Shown here: positions 18,917-28,381 of the stretch, piece by piece
Numbering within the stretch: position 1 is the first letter of the stretch
How the letters are laid out: every line of letters starts with the position of its first letter
DNA from: Candidatus Pacearchaeota archaeon
GTDB lineage: Archaea; Nanobdellota; Nanobdellia; Pacearchaeales; GW2011-AR1
Direction: 5' to 3'
Assembly: GCA_018303825.1 (NCBI GenBank)
Contig: JAGVXK010000011.1
Location: 1 to 34,942 of the forward strand
Length of the DNA stretch: 34,942 nt
Program-made: the position numbers and the translations under genes
Notes under the pieces: model-generated
Databases searched by the model: none
The model's input: the letters and a program-made list of their open reading frames with translations, nothing else
What the model was told of the DNA's origin: nothing

Positions 18917-19672
18917 TTATTTATTTTTTAGATATTTCTTTAACTCTCTGATATATCTTTTTCTAACTTGCTTATTCTTTGTTGGACGGTATCGTAAATA
19001 AATCGTTTTTTGCAACAGATTGTTATTAGTCCCTTTATCTTTCAATGCTTTCCAAGACGGAGGAATAGTTTTTCCTTTTAGACGTTTTTCCCAATAAAAT
19101 AGATGTGATACTTGTTTTGTCAATTGGCTAAATCCAAACTCTCCTTTCTCATACAAGTTTATAAACCGATCCTGAATTGCTTGTTTTAAGTCGTCATATA
19201 TTTTTTTATCTGTTCTCACCTTGAAATTAATTGCATTCAGACGTTTTCCGTAAACTATTTTATGGTAAGGTAAAAGAACTGTAAAATGATCTGGTTTTCC
19301 TTGAAAATTTCCAAACTTAAGTTTTTTTAGTCTTTTATTAGAAGACAACTCCCCAATCCAAATAGGTAAGAATTCCACTGGTTTTAACCATTCTTTATTC
19401 TGATCCCTAATATTCTTAATCACTTTTATTACCTTCTTATTTTTTATTATGGGAACAACGTTAATATCGCTTTTTTTGCCTAATTCCCGAAAAACAAAAC
19501 TTCCCTTAACGTAAATTGACTCAATATCTTTCATAAAATTCTGCCGTTTTATCCAATTCAAGGCTTTTTCTAACGCTTTGATATATCTTACCTCTTGTTT
19601 GTTTTTATTTTTCCAAGATTTCCAAAATTCATAATTAACTTCCTCTTTCATAAGACCCAAAAGCCTTTTCAC
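18917..19672 (-). CDS. Pol-beta-fold nucleotidyltransferase-like protein with a degenerate DxD motif
   Basis: IYVKGSFVFRELGKKSDINVV (GS-x10-DxN) followed by a helical C-terminal region. Confidence 0.65.
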   Translation of the reverse strand: MKRLLGLMKEEVNYEFWKSWKNKNKQEVRYIKALEKALNWIKRQNFMKDIESIYVKGSFVFRELGKKSDINVVPIIKNKKVIKVIKNIRDQNKEWLKPVEFLPIWIGELSSNKRLKKLKFGNFQGKPDHFTVLLPYHKIVYGKRLNAINFKVRTDKKIYDDLKQAIQDRFINLYEKGEFGFSQLTKQVSHLFYWEKRLKGKTIPPSWKALKDKGTNNNLLQKTIYLRYRPTKNKQVRKRYIRELKKYLKNK

Positions 19673-19937
19673 CTTTTAACCTTTTCCAAAAGCTCATAGA
19701 TATTTGAAATTATATTTGGAGAAAGTATCGCTGATAAAAGTTAGAATGTGCTTAACTTATTTGTAAAAAACCTGATGATTGTTTAGCATATAAATCTTTA
19801 AAATATTGTAAAGTCTTCGTTTCTAATGTCAGATAAAAGAATAGTGCTTCGCCAAGCAGAGTATGTATATCCTGAAAAATCATTAAGCACTTATTTATAT
19901 CCACAAGCCTTAAAAACTTCTAAACTCAATCAGTATA

Positions 19938-20225
19938 ATGAACAAAGAACTACTTGTTATAAAGAAGCAAATAACACCAATATTGCGAGAGTATAGAGTT
20001 ACCAAGGCAGGGATATTTGGTAGTTATGCGCGAGGGGAACAAAATAAGAAAAGTGATATAGATATTTTAGTAAAAATTGACAATGAAACGGATTTAATAG
20101 AATTAATAAGGCTTAGAACCAAGCTTCAGAGAATGATAAAGAAAAAGGTTGATATAGTCGAATATGGAAGTATAAGAAAAAAGATAAAAAATTCAATCCT
20201 AAATGATGAAATCCAGATATTATAA
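19938..20225 (+). CDS. MNT (minimal nucleotidyltransferase) antitoxin
   Basis: IFGSYARGEQNKKSDIDILV (GSX10DXD) and KKVDIV. Confidence 0.92.
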   Translation: MNKELLVIKKQITPILREYRVTKAGIFGSYARGEQNKKSDIDILVKIDNETDLIELIRLRTKLQRMIKKKVDIVEYGSIRKKIKNSILNDEIQIL

Positions 20226-20557
20226 AAAGATACTACAAACTTTATCTTAACGATATAAAAGAGAGTGTACAGCAGATAGAAGAATATACAAAAAATATGT
20301 CTCAAGAAGAATTTAGTAAAAATAAGAAAACGCAAGACGCAGTTATAAGGAGATTAGAAATAATGGGTGAGGCAAGTAGAAATATTCCTAGAGCCTTAAA
20401 AGAAAAAAACAAGCCTGTTCCATTGTTTGATATGTCCCAATTCAGAGATTTTATATCTCATTCGTATTTTAATCTTGGTTTGGAAACAATATGGAAGACA
20501 GTAAAAGAAAAAATACCTCAAATAAAGGAAAGTTTAAAAAAGATAGATTTGGTTTAA
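20222..20557 (+). CDS. HEPN/DUF86 toxin; natural N-terminus begins at ATA 20222 rather than ATG 20297
   Basis: In-frame KRYYKLYLNDIKESVQQIEEY upstream of ATG 20297; DAVIRRLEIMGEA; RDFISHSY (RX4H-x-Y). Confidence 0.85.
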   Translation: MKRYYKLYLNDIKESVQQIEEYTKNMSQEEFSKNKKTQDAVIRRLEIMGEASRNIPRALKEKNKPVPLFDMSQFRDFISHSYFNLGLETIWKTVKEKIPQIKESLKKIDLV

Positions 20558-20708
20558 TAAAATCGCTTCTCCTTTTCTTTTTAATTTCTTAAAACAACAT
20601 TAGGTAAAACCCGTATACATTTTGCATACTCTTATTTAATATTTATATCTTAGGTTTAATTTCCATATATATCAACAACTGGCACTTGAACATGCCAAAA
20701 AGGTAAAG

Positions 20709-20858
20709 TGGCCCCGAAGGGATTTGAACCCTCGACACCTGGATCACTCCTACATCTATTCTTGTAGGTATTATAGTTCTCTGCCTACCTAGAGTTTCTC
20801 TTTCAAAGAGAAACTGTAGTAAGAGTCCAGTGCTCTGGCCAGACTGAGCTACGAGGCC
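20709..20858 (-). tRNA. tRNA-Lys(CTT) with a canonical 37/38 intron
   Basis: Acceptor GGCCTCG/CGGGGCC-A; anticodon stem CTGGA/TCCAG; loop CT-CTT-A^A; 75-nt exon total after removing 20745-20819. Confidence 0.95.
20745..20819 (-). other. 75-nt tRNA intron with a bulge-helix-bulge motif
   Basis: Central helix CTCT/GGAG, bulges TA^C and TG^A, outer helix TACA/TGTA. Confidence 0.9.
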
Positions 20859-20927
20859 ACAACTAATTACTCCAAAAAGAGTTTTTAAAACTATTGAACT
20901 AGAACAAAACAAAAGAATATCTTTTGT

Positions 20928-21194
20928 TTAGCCAATCAATCTTCTGACGTTATCTATGTTTTCGGCAATTTCCTGGCCCTTCTTTGTTAACTTGATAAGC
21001 TTTATTCTTCCCTTCTTCTCAAACACAACAAGTCCAAGGCTTTCCAAGCTCTGAAGAATCTTAACTGCATGAGAATACGTGCAGTCAACTTCCTTGGCAA
21101 GTATGCTTCCATACCTCGCTCTGGACATCTTTCTCAAAGCTACAAGCATTAATGCTGGCTTTCTTCTAAAAAACACGTCAAAGTTATCTTTCAT
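20928..21194 (-). CDS. Winged-helix transcriptional regulator (MarR/ArsR-like)
   Basis: YGSILAKEVDCTYSHAVKILQSLESLGLV.FEKKGRIKLIKLTKKG; ATG 21194 overlaps the stop of the upstream gene. Confidence 0.9.
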   Translation of the reverse strand: MKDNFDVFFRRKPALMLVALRKMSRARYGSILAKEVDCTYSHAVKILQSLESLGLVVFEKKGRIKLIKLTKKGQEIAENIDNVRRLIG

Positions 21195-21468
21195 GGCACA
21201 CCACCGATACATCTGCCATTTGTTCAGAATCGGGATTCAAAACACCATCGACTGTAGAAAATAATACAAACCTATCCGGACTAACCATTACATCGTGCGA
21301 TAATTTATCTGCGAGCTCCCCACGACTTTTACCTCTCGCAATCACACCAATGTCTTCCAATACAGCAATGTAATCATTATTATATTTGATCCTCAACTCA
21401 TTTGCATTTTGCTCAACATATTTTCTGGCTTTTCTTATGCCTTCGCGATATTTTTTATCTAATGTCAT
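21184..21468 (-). CDS. DUF5678-like small protein
   Basis: ELRIKYNNDYIAV...VIARGKS.GEL pattern. Confidence 0.6.
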   Translation of the reverse strand: MTLDKKYREGIRKARKYVEQNANELRIKYNNDYIAVLEDIGVIARGKSRGELADKLSHDVMVSPDRFVLFSTVDGVLNPDSEQMADVSVVCHER

Positions 21469-21740
21469 CTTATTCCCTTAATATATATAATCGAACCTAT
21501 ATATTAAAGTTACCATATCGCTTTTAAACCTTGTGGATGATTTGTTATCTAAGAAAGTAACAAAATATAATCTACATTCTTGAGTAAATAATCTCTGCTG
21601 TTAAAAATAATGACAACATTTACAGAAGCTGAAAAGTGAAACAACAAATATGTGATATAACTATTACTAAATAATAGATATCGAAAAATATCAATGCTAT
21701 TTTATGCCAAAATGATTAAAATTAAAAAATCAATATTAAA

Positions 21741-22298
21741 CTAACCAACGTAAATTCTTATTATATTTCCGGTTATGCTCTTTCCAGTTAATTCAGTATA
21801 AAGATTAAGGTATCCTTTCCCAAAGAGGGTTGTCTTGCTTGCCTTTAAGTCAATTCCAGATTTTCCGGAAGCAAAAGATTCCTGAATGTAATCTTTATTC
21901 TGCACCATTTTAACTCCCTCCATTTTAGTAGTTATAATAATTGCATCAGGATTCTCAATAGCCCTTTTTGCAACCTTGATAATCCCATTTTGTATGATTG
22001 CATTATAAACATCATCATCAACTCTGAACTCTATCTCTGGGTCATTATTGCTCAACGGAGGATTATGCAATTCATATGCCTTAATTGAATAAAGAACATA
22101 GAAAACAAAACTTTCATTGAAACTAGCAATTGCCTCTTCTGTTGTCAGCCCTTGTGCAGGATTTTCTATAAAGGTAATTCCGGAGCTTTTCACATTGGTC
22201 GGTTTAAGAAGTGCAAAATACAAAAATAAAAGAATAACTAAGACTATTAATGCCACGATTGAGACTACCAGGGTCAATCTCCCCCTTTTATTCATCAA
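21741..22298 (-). CDS. Membrane-anchored hypothetical protein (possible class III-like signal; possible SCP2-like fold)
   Basis: MNKRG plus hydrophobic helix; IKVAKRAIENPDAIIITT resembles SCP2-like strands. Confidence 0.6.
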   Translation of the reverse strand: MMNKRGRLTLVVSIVALIVLVILLFLYFALLKPTNVKSSGITFIENPAQGLTTEEAIASFNESFVFYVLYSIKAYELHNPPLSNNDPEIEFRVDDDVYNAIIQNGIIKVAKRAIENPDAIIITTKMEGVKMVQNKDYIQESFASGKSGIDLKASKTTLFGKGYLNLYTELTGKSITGNIIRIYVG

Positions 22299-22411
22299 TT
22301 ATTCAGGATAAAATAGTTTATAAACAATGCTTCTAACGAGAAAAATGCAGTTTCATAACCTATTAATACTAAAAAAGATAGCATTTTAAACTCAGCAGAA
22401 CTAATAAAAAA

Positions 22412-23026
22412 ATGGTAACCAAAGGAAAAAAACTAAGGATTCTGGCAGCAGGAGATGTCCACGGAGACTCAAGAATAACTAAGAAACTGGCAGAAAAGGC
22501 AGAAAAAGAAAATGTAGATTTAGTCATCTTATGCGGAGATTTAACTGGATGGACAGAAACAAAAGAAGTAATAAAACCGTTCAAAGACAAAAATAAGAAA
22601 GTCTTGATCATTCCGGGAAATCACGATTCTTTTGCAACCGTGGATTTCTTAGCAACATTATATGGAGTAAAAAATATTCATGGGTATTCTGCAAAATATG
22701 AAGATGTAGGCATCTTTGGAGCTGGAGGAGCTGATTTAGGGCTTTCTGCAGAGTCAGAGGATGAAATGTTCAAAACATTAAAACAAGCGCATTCAGGATT
22801 GAAAGGAATAGAAAAGAAAATAATGATAACACATATGCATCCCTCTGGGAGTCTTTCGGAAGTCTCGGGATTTGAAGGCAGTAAAGCTATAACAAAGGCA
22901 ATAAAGGAATTCCATCCAGACATTCTTCTTCACAGCCATATTCATGAGGCAGAAGGCGTAGAAGAAATAATAGGCAAGACCAAAGTCATAAATGTCGGCA
23001 AATCCGGAAAAATAATTGAAATCTAA
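22412..23026 (+). CDS. Calcineurin-like metallophosphoesterase
   Basis: GDVHG, CGDL, PGNHD, ITH and HSHIHE motifs. Confidence 0.93.
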   Translation: MVTKGKKLRILAAGDVHGDSRITKKLAEKAEKENVDLVILCGDLTGWTETKEVIKPFKDKNKKVLIIPGNHDSFATVDFLATLYGVKNIHGYSAKYEDVGIFGAGGADLGLSAESEDEMFKTLKQAHSGLKGIEKKIMITHMHPSGSLSEVSGFEGSKAITKAIKEFHPDILLHSHIHEAEGVEEIIGKTKVINVGKSGKIIEI

Positions 23027-23403
23027 TAACGCAAAGCTTGCATAAACCTGCCATCTATTGCTTCGTGACTCATCCACCTTTCATAACCAATAACATTAAC
23101 ATATCTCCCGCATTTTTCTTTGAGATATCTTTTTTGTTCACATAAAGGCATTTCCAAGAATTCCTTGGCATCAATTCCCGCATTCATCTCCTTCAATCTT
23201 CTTTCTATAACATTCATTGCAGTAGAATATAATCTCTGATATGCATTAATTTTACTTATCTTCCTCGCTTCATCAGAAGCTTCTTCAAGAATAATTCTTC
23301 CAAGTTCGGTAGGTGTCAGGGTAGCCTTTCTTTTCTCAGCACATTGTCTCAGAAAATAATTCTCTAAATATTCATCAAAAGAATAAGCTATCTTTTTGTT
23401 CAT
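23023..23403 (-). CDS. Hypothetical protein
   Basis: 126-aa ORF with TTTAAAC promoter-like sequence upstream. Confidence 0.65.
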   Translation of the reverse strand: MNKKIAYSFDEYLENYFLRQCAEKRKATLTPTELGRIILEEASDEARKISKINAYQRLYSTAMNVIERRLKEMNAGIDAKEFLEMPLCEQKRYLKEKCGRYVNVIGYERWMSHEAIDGRFMQALRY

Positions 23404-23660
23404 AATAAAAGATTAGAAAAACAGTTTAAATACTTTATCGTAATGTTAGGTCAATTATCAAACTTAACATGGTTGATAGTTATATTCTCCTTCAGTAAGT
23501 TCGGTTTAATGGAAAAATTCATTATTTTTATACATAATTATGTGATCTGTTCTCCTAAATCTCTTCAATAAAATATTAAAATACAAGGTTTACTTAACAC
23601 ATAAACACCCAAAAAGACACTATAGAAAGATTTTTAAAAGCATGAAATTCAGATTGAACC

Positions 23661-23954
23661 ATGAGCAAGAAGACAGTAGTACTTCCGGGAAGAAGCCATA
23701 GCATCCCATTATGCGTCGCTCCATTTATTCAAGCTTTAAAAGAACGGAAAGGAGTTCGTCATGTAGGGATTGTTGGATTCAGGGATAAGGGAAAAATATC
23801 TGATTTCGAAGCAGGAATAAAATACTTTGATAGAAAAAATTCAACCTTTAAACTCTCAGTAAGATATCAGCAATTTGAACAGGATTTGTATATCGGGTTT
23901 GATCCAAGGCATGCCTCGCAAATAGCAACGTTCATTATTAACTACCGTCCATAA
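23661..23954 (+). CDS. Hypothetical protein
   Basis: 97-aa ORF after GAAAGATTTTTAAAAG promoter-like sequence. Confidence 0.65.
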   Translation: MSKKTVVLPGRSHSIPLCVAPFIQALKERKGVRHVGIVGFRDKGKISDFEAGIKYFDRKNSTFKLSVRYQQFEQDLYIGFDPRHASQIATFIINYRP

Positions 23955-23999
23955 AAACCTATAAATACCCAGCATCTAATAATCTATAATTAACAAAAG

Positions 24000-26465
24000 A
24001 TGGTAGTTGAAGCATTTTTACAGCAAACAAAACCAAAAATAACTGTTGAAAAGCCGGTTAAAAAAAGACTAAGCATAGCCGAGCTTACAACAGTTGAAAG
24101 TCCAGGAAGGCCAAGCCCAGCAGACATGCTCGAAGAAAGCGAAGAACCTAAAAAATCAACTAAAAGAAAAATATCAAGAAAGACAGCAAAATCAGATAAT
24201 ATCAAAATAGAAAAATCAAGGGGAAATGCAATTCTAATTATAACAGAAAAACCGCAGGCAGCGATGAAAATTGCAAATGCTATAGGGGAAGCAAATAAAT
24301 ATGCGGAAGATGGAATAAGCTATTATGAAATAGACAGGGAAAACAGGAAAATATATGTTGCTTCGGCAGTAGGACATTTATTCAACTTAAATTATAAAGA
24401 GGGGCAAAAAGGCTGGCCAATATACGAATTAGAATGGATTCCCTCATTTAACAAAAAAAACTCCGCATTTACTAAAAAGTATTATTCTTTATTGAAAAAA
24501 CTTGCGCAAAAATCCTCTGAGTTCATCGTGGCAACAGACTTTGACACAGAAGGAGAAGTCATAGGCTGGAATATTCTTCGTTTTATATGCAACCAAAGAA
24601 CAGCAAAAAGAATGAAATTCTCAACTCTTACTCAAGGTGAATTGAAGAAATCTTTCGAATCTCCTTTGCAGGAATTAGCTTGGGGAAATGCATACGCAGG
24701 AGAGTCTAGGCATTATCTTGACTGGCTGTACGGAATCAATCTTTCAAGAGCCCTCATGTCTGCGATAAAAACATCTGGTTCATTCAAAATTCTCTCGATA
24801 GGAAGAGTGCAAGGTCCGGCATTAAAAATAATTGTTGACAAAGAACATGAAATCTCTGCATTCAAGCCAGAACCATACTGGCAAGTCTTCGCCCAGGTTA
24901 AAAATCCTGAAAACAAGAAAGAAATTATTGAATTAAAGCATTTTGAAGACATATTTGACAAGGCTCTCCTTGATAGGTTCAAAAACATAAAAGAAGGAAT
25001 TGCAGAAACGAAATCAAGGGAAGAGCACATCCCCCCTCCGAGCCCGTTCGACCTCACGAGTTTACAAAGAGAAGCCTACAGACTTCATAAAATTTCTCCA
25101 TCTGAAACCCTGCATTTAGCTCAGCAATTATACATTGATGGAATTATTTCCTATCCAAGAACATCTTCTCAAAAAATTCCAAAAGAAATAGAACCAAAGA
25201 AAATCCTCAAAGCACTGGAAAAACACTTCCCTGCAGCGAAAAATATCACAAGAACTCTTCCAATAGAAGGAAAAAAATCAGACCCAGCACACCCATCAAT
25301 CTATCCAACGGGAGAATATGAAAAAATCCAGGGAAATGGAGAAAAACTCTATAACTTAATTGCCAAAAGGTTCATTTCATGCTTTTCAAGTGATGCAATT
25401 ACTTCCAGCAAAAGAATAACCCTTACAGCACTGGATTCGGGGGGAAATCAATTAACATATGAGGCATCAGCTACAGAAGTTGAAGACGAAAAGGAAGATA
25501 AAAAAGAAGATAATGATGAAGAAGTCGAAAACAGCAATGAAAATAACAAAGAAAAAAAGAATGCGGTAGATAATAAAAGTAAGAAGAGAACGATAGCAAT
25601 TAAATTTGCTGCTTCTGGGCTAAAAATCTTAGATGCCGGATGGACATCAATCTATCCGATGGAACTAATGGAATTTTATCTTCCAGATTTAAATGGAAAA
25701 GTAAAAATAGATAAAATAAAGATAGAAGAAAAAGAAACCCAGCCCCCAAGAAGATTTACCCCGACTTCCCTCATATCTTTATTAGAGAAAAAAAGGATGG
25801 GCACAAAATCAACAAGATCTACAATTGTAGACACTCTTTTCCAAAGAGGATATCTTGACGGCACTTCAATAAAAGCCACCGATTTGGGCATTAGATTAAT
25901 AGATACATTGAAGAAATACTCTCCAATCATCATAAATGAAGAATTAACAAGAAAATTAGAAGAAGAAATGGAAAAAATACAGGAATCAAATAATCCTAAA
26001 GAGCTGGAAAAGAAAGAAAACGAGATTGTAGAAGAAGCGAAAAAACTAATTAACGAAATATCAATAGAATTTAAGAAAAATGAGACAAAGATAGGCAAAG
26101 ACCTTCTTGAAGGTATAACAAAAGAAAGAGAAGATAAAAGAATAGCTAATGCCCTGCAATTATGTTCGACATGCAAAAAGGGAAATCTTAGAATTATGTA
26201 TAACCGTTCATCAAGAAGATATTTTGTCTCCTGTTCTGCCTATCCCGAATGCAGGCAAACCTTCTCATTGCCGCCAAACGCACTAATAAGGAAAACAGAC
26301 AACAACAAACTCTGCGAGTTTGATCAATTCCCAAAACTTCTCGCAATCAGAAAAGGCAAGCGCCCTTGGGAATTCTGCTTCAACCCAGAATGTGAAATAG
26401 AAAAAAAGAAAAGGGAAGAATGGGTTAACAAAAAGAAAGGCAAATACGGCGAAGACGAAGAATAA
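24000..26465 (+). CDS. topA: DNA topoisomerase I (type IA)
   Basis: TOPRIM IITEKP and ATDFDTEGE; SIGRVQ; active-site GIISYPRT; C-terminal Zn ribbons. Confidence 0.97.
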   Translation: MVVEAFLQQTKPKITVEKPVKKRLSIAELTTVESPGRPSPADMLEESEEPKKSTKRKISRKTAKSDNIKIEKSRGNAILIITEKPQAAMKIANAIGEANKYAEDGISYYEIDRENRKIYVASAVGHLFNLNYKEGQKGWPIYELEWIPSFNKKNSAFTKKYYSLLKKLAQKSSEFIVATDFDTEGEVIGWNILRFICNQRTAKRMKFSTLTQGELKKSFESPLQELAWGNAYAGESRHYLDWLYGINLSRALMSAIKTSGSFKILSIGRVQGPALKIIVDKEHEISAFKPEPYWQVFAQVKNPENKKEIIELKHFEDIFDKALLDRFKNIKEGIAETKSREEHIPPPSPFDLTSLQREAYRLHKISPSETLHLAQQLYIDGIISYPRTSSQKIPKEIEPKKILKALEKHFPAAKNITRTLPIEGKKSDPAHPSIYPTGEYEKIQGNGEKLYNLIAKRFISCFSSDAITSSKRITLTALDSGGNQLTYEASATEVEDEKEDKKEDNDEEVENSNENNKEKKNAVDNKSKKRTIAIKFAASGLKILDAGWTSIYPMELMEFYLPDLNGKVKIDKIKIEEKETQPPRRFTPTSLISLLEKKRMGTKSTRSTIVDTLFQRGYLDGTSIKATDLGIRLIDTLKKYSPIIINEELTRKLEEEMEKIQESNNPKELEKKENEIVEEAKKLINEISIEFKKNETKIGKDLLEGITKEREDKRIANALQLCSTCKKGNLRIMYNRSSRRYFVSCSAYPECRQTFSLPPNALIRKTDNNKLCEFDQFPKLLAIRKGKRPWEFCFNPECEIEKKKREEWVNKKKGKYGEDEE

Positions 26466-26516
26466 TTAAAATTCCTTTATACATAAAAAGAGATAAAGGT
26501 ATGTTAAAATAACTAT

Positions 26517-27089
26517 CTACTTCCCCCTTCTGCCCCAGGCTCTCTGGCTTGGCCTTACTTTCATGTCATGACTCTTTGATGTCATTCCTCTAGATTTCTT
26601 TCCTGCGCCGGTCAATCCCCTCAAAGCTCTGTTTCTATTCGAACTATCGCAAATCCAATTGATTGTATTATCATTCATAATTTCTGGCTTGCTTGGGTCA
26701 ACCATAATAACTTCAAAGAAATAATGCTTCCCGTCTTTTCCAACCTCATAAGAATTCAAAACTTCAAGATTGGGATATTTTTTCTGAGCTCTTATCTCTG
26801 CAACCCACTGATAGCTCATCTTCAATATCTTTCTTATGTGCTGTTTTCTTGACTTTCTTCCGTGCTTATGCCTTGTCCTCTTTCTTCCTCCGCGATTTAA
26901 TCTTATCCTTACAACAACAAACCCCTTCTTTGCCTTATAACCAAGAGCTCTGGCTCTGTCCAATCTCAACGGCTTTTCAACTACAACAGCAGAATTGCTT
27001 GCCCTCCATTCAATAAGTCTTTTCTGGGTTTCCTCTCTGGAAACATTCCTAAATGACTTCCCAATTTGGCTATATGCTCCCTGAACCAT
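26517..27089 (-). CDS. rpl15e: 50S ribosomal protein L15e
   Basis: RLDRARALGYKAKKG, YQWVAEIRAQKKYPNLEVLNSY, RALRGLTGAGKKSRG. Confidence 0.98.
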   Translation of the reverse strand: MVQGAYSQIGKSFRNVSREETQKRLIEWRASNSAVVVEKPLRLDRARALGYKAKKGFVVVRIRLNRGGRKRTRHKHGRKSRKQHIRKILKMSYQWVAEIRAQKKYPNLEVLNSYEVGKDGKHYFFEVIMVDPSKPEIMNDNTINWICDSSNRNRALRGLTGAGKKSRGMTSKSHDMKVRPSQRAWGRRGK

Positions 27090-27170
27090 TTTAATTTTTA
27101 TAGCTATACTATAACTATTATTATCTTTAAGAAAAGTGCTTTTTAAACTTTCGCCTAGCCGAGCCTAACC

Positions 27171-27199
27171 TAGCTTCTCCAAAGTCTTTCTAAGAGCTC
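27171..27199 (-). repeat. Solo copy of the 33.5-kb element core
   Basis: TAGCTTCTCCAAAGTCTTTCTAAGAGCTC matches 33501-33529 at 27 of 29 positions. Confidence 0.85.
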
Positions 27200-27271
27200 T
27201 TTAAATGTTATTGATGCTAATGGTAAGGAAAAATACAAAATATTATTAAACAGCCTGATCTATAAGAGTAG

Positions 27272-28381
27272 ATGAAAAAAATGTTGATTGCATCCCTATC
27301 GGTGTCCATTTTTGTCGTTCTTGCGATAACCTTCATGGTGCTTTTTGGCGGTTCAAAAGTTCATTTATCAAACCAATCAAACAACAGCTTAGAAATATGC
27401 AACTCCCTTATCTATAATGGAGATGACAAAATAAACATAGTTTTTCTCTCAGATAAAAAAACAGTCCGGGAATATTCAGATTATCTATTCTCTATCACAC
27501 CATTTTCATCAAATAAAGACAAATTTAACATCCTTTACATTGACAGTTATCAGCCTGAATGCCAATTATACAAAAGTGTTGCCCTATTATGCTACTCAAA
27601 AGAATTAACAAAAAAAGCATCATCATGCAAAAGTGATTATGTAATAGCCCTTGAAAATAAACCTGCAGAGATAAGAAGCTCTTCTTACATGAATGTTATC
27701 AGCATAAATAAAAACAATCCAAAAACAGTCCTCCCTCATGAGCTTTCCCATGCGTTGGCAAATCTTGCAGATGAGTATGTCCCGGCAGACATTCCTTCAG
27801 GTTCAAAAAACTGCCTTTCTAAATGCACATTATCGAAAGAAAATTGTTTTGACGGATGCTCAAAATCCAATTATTACAGAACAATAAACCAAGGTATAAT
27901 GCGCTCCCTGAACTCAAAAGAATTTGGAAGTTTTGACGAATCATTAATCCAAGAAAGTATCAATTCTCAAACCGATAAAAGAACGGGAATAACAGGCAAT
28001 GCGATAAGTGAAATAAACTGCAATGGACAAAGCTATTATCTGCTAACTGGAACGTTAAAAGATAATTCCATTCAAATAAAAAACAAAGAAATAGAAAAAG
28101 GATGTGTTGGCAATAATGGTTATGGTCAATTCAACCATCGAATAATTCTAAATGACAACACAATACTAGGACAGGAAAGTTTCAACCCAGAATTTATCTT
28201 CACAGATTCCCAAAATGGGCAGATGACAATAGATGGCAGCACATTTTCAAGTGATATTGAATTCTATGTAAAGGTCCCAGCCATAAATGACGCCAAAACT
28301 CTTGAAATTTACAATGAAGATACCAAAGTAGGTGAAACAAAACTAAACGATATCGGAGCAATACCATGCAAATTAGTATAA
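27272..28381 (+). CDS. Membrane-anchored M64 (IgA peptidase-like) zinc metallopeptidase
   Basis: N-terminal TM helix; DKINIVF...PF...DKFNI; PHELSHALANLADEY (HExxH...DEY). Confidence 0.8.
   Translation: MKKMLIASLSVSIFVVLAITFMVLFGGSKVHLSNQSNNSLEICNSLIYNGDDKINIVFLSDKKTVREYSDYLFSITPFSSNKDKFNILYIDSYQPECQLYKSVALLCYSKELTKKASSCKSDYVIALENKPAEIRSSSYMNVISINKNNPKTVLPHELSHALANLADEYVPADIPSGSKNCLSKCTLSKENCFDGCSKSNYYRTINQGIMRSLNSKEFGSFDESLIQESINSQTDKRTGITGNAISEINCNGQSYYLLTGTLKDNSIQIKNKEIEKGCVGNNGYGQFNHRIILNDNTILGQESFNPEFIFTDSQNGQMTIDGSTFSSDIEFYVKVPAINDAKTLEIYNEDTKVGETKLNDIGAIPCKLV

Noticed and set aside
19826-19996. ORF MSDKRIVLRQAEYVYPEK... upstream of and overlapping MNT
   Set aside because: Overlaps the MNT promoter and start in another frame; at most a remnant, with no family recognised.
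20558-20708. attR-like duplicate of the tRNA-Lys 3' end or an integrase
   Set aside because: No second copy of the tRNA 3' end and no integrase or transposase were found by eye.
20745-20819. C/D-box guide RNA in the tRNA intron
   Set aside because: No RUGAUGA or CUGA boxes are present.
20643-20912. 89-aa ORF on the - strand
   Set aside because: It is a translation of the tRNA-Lys gene and its intron.
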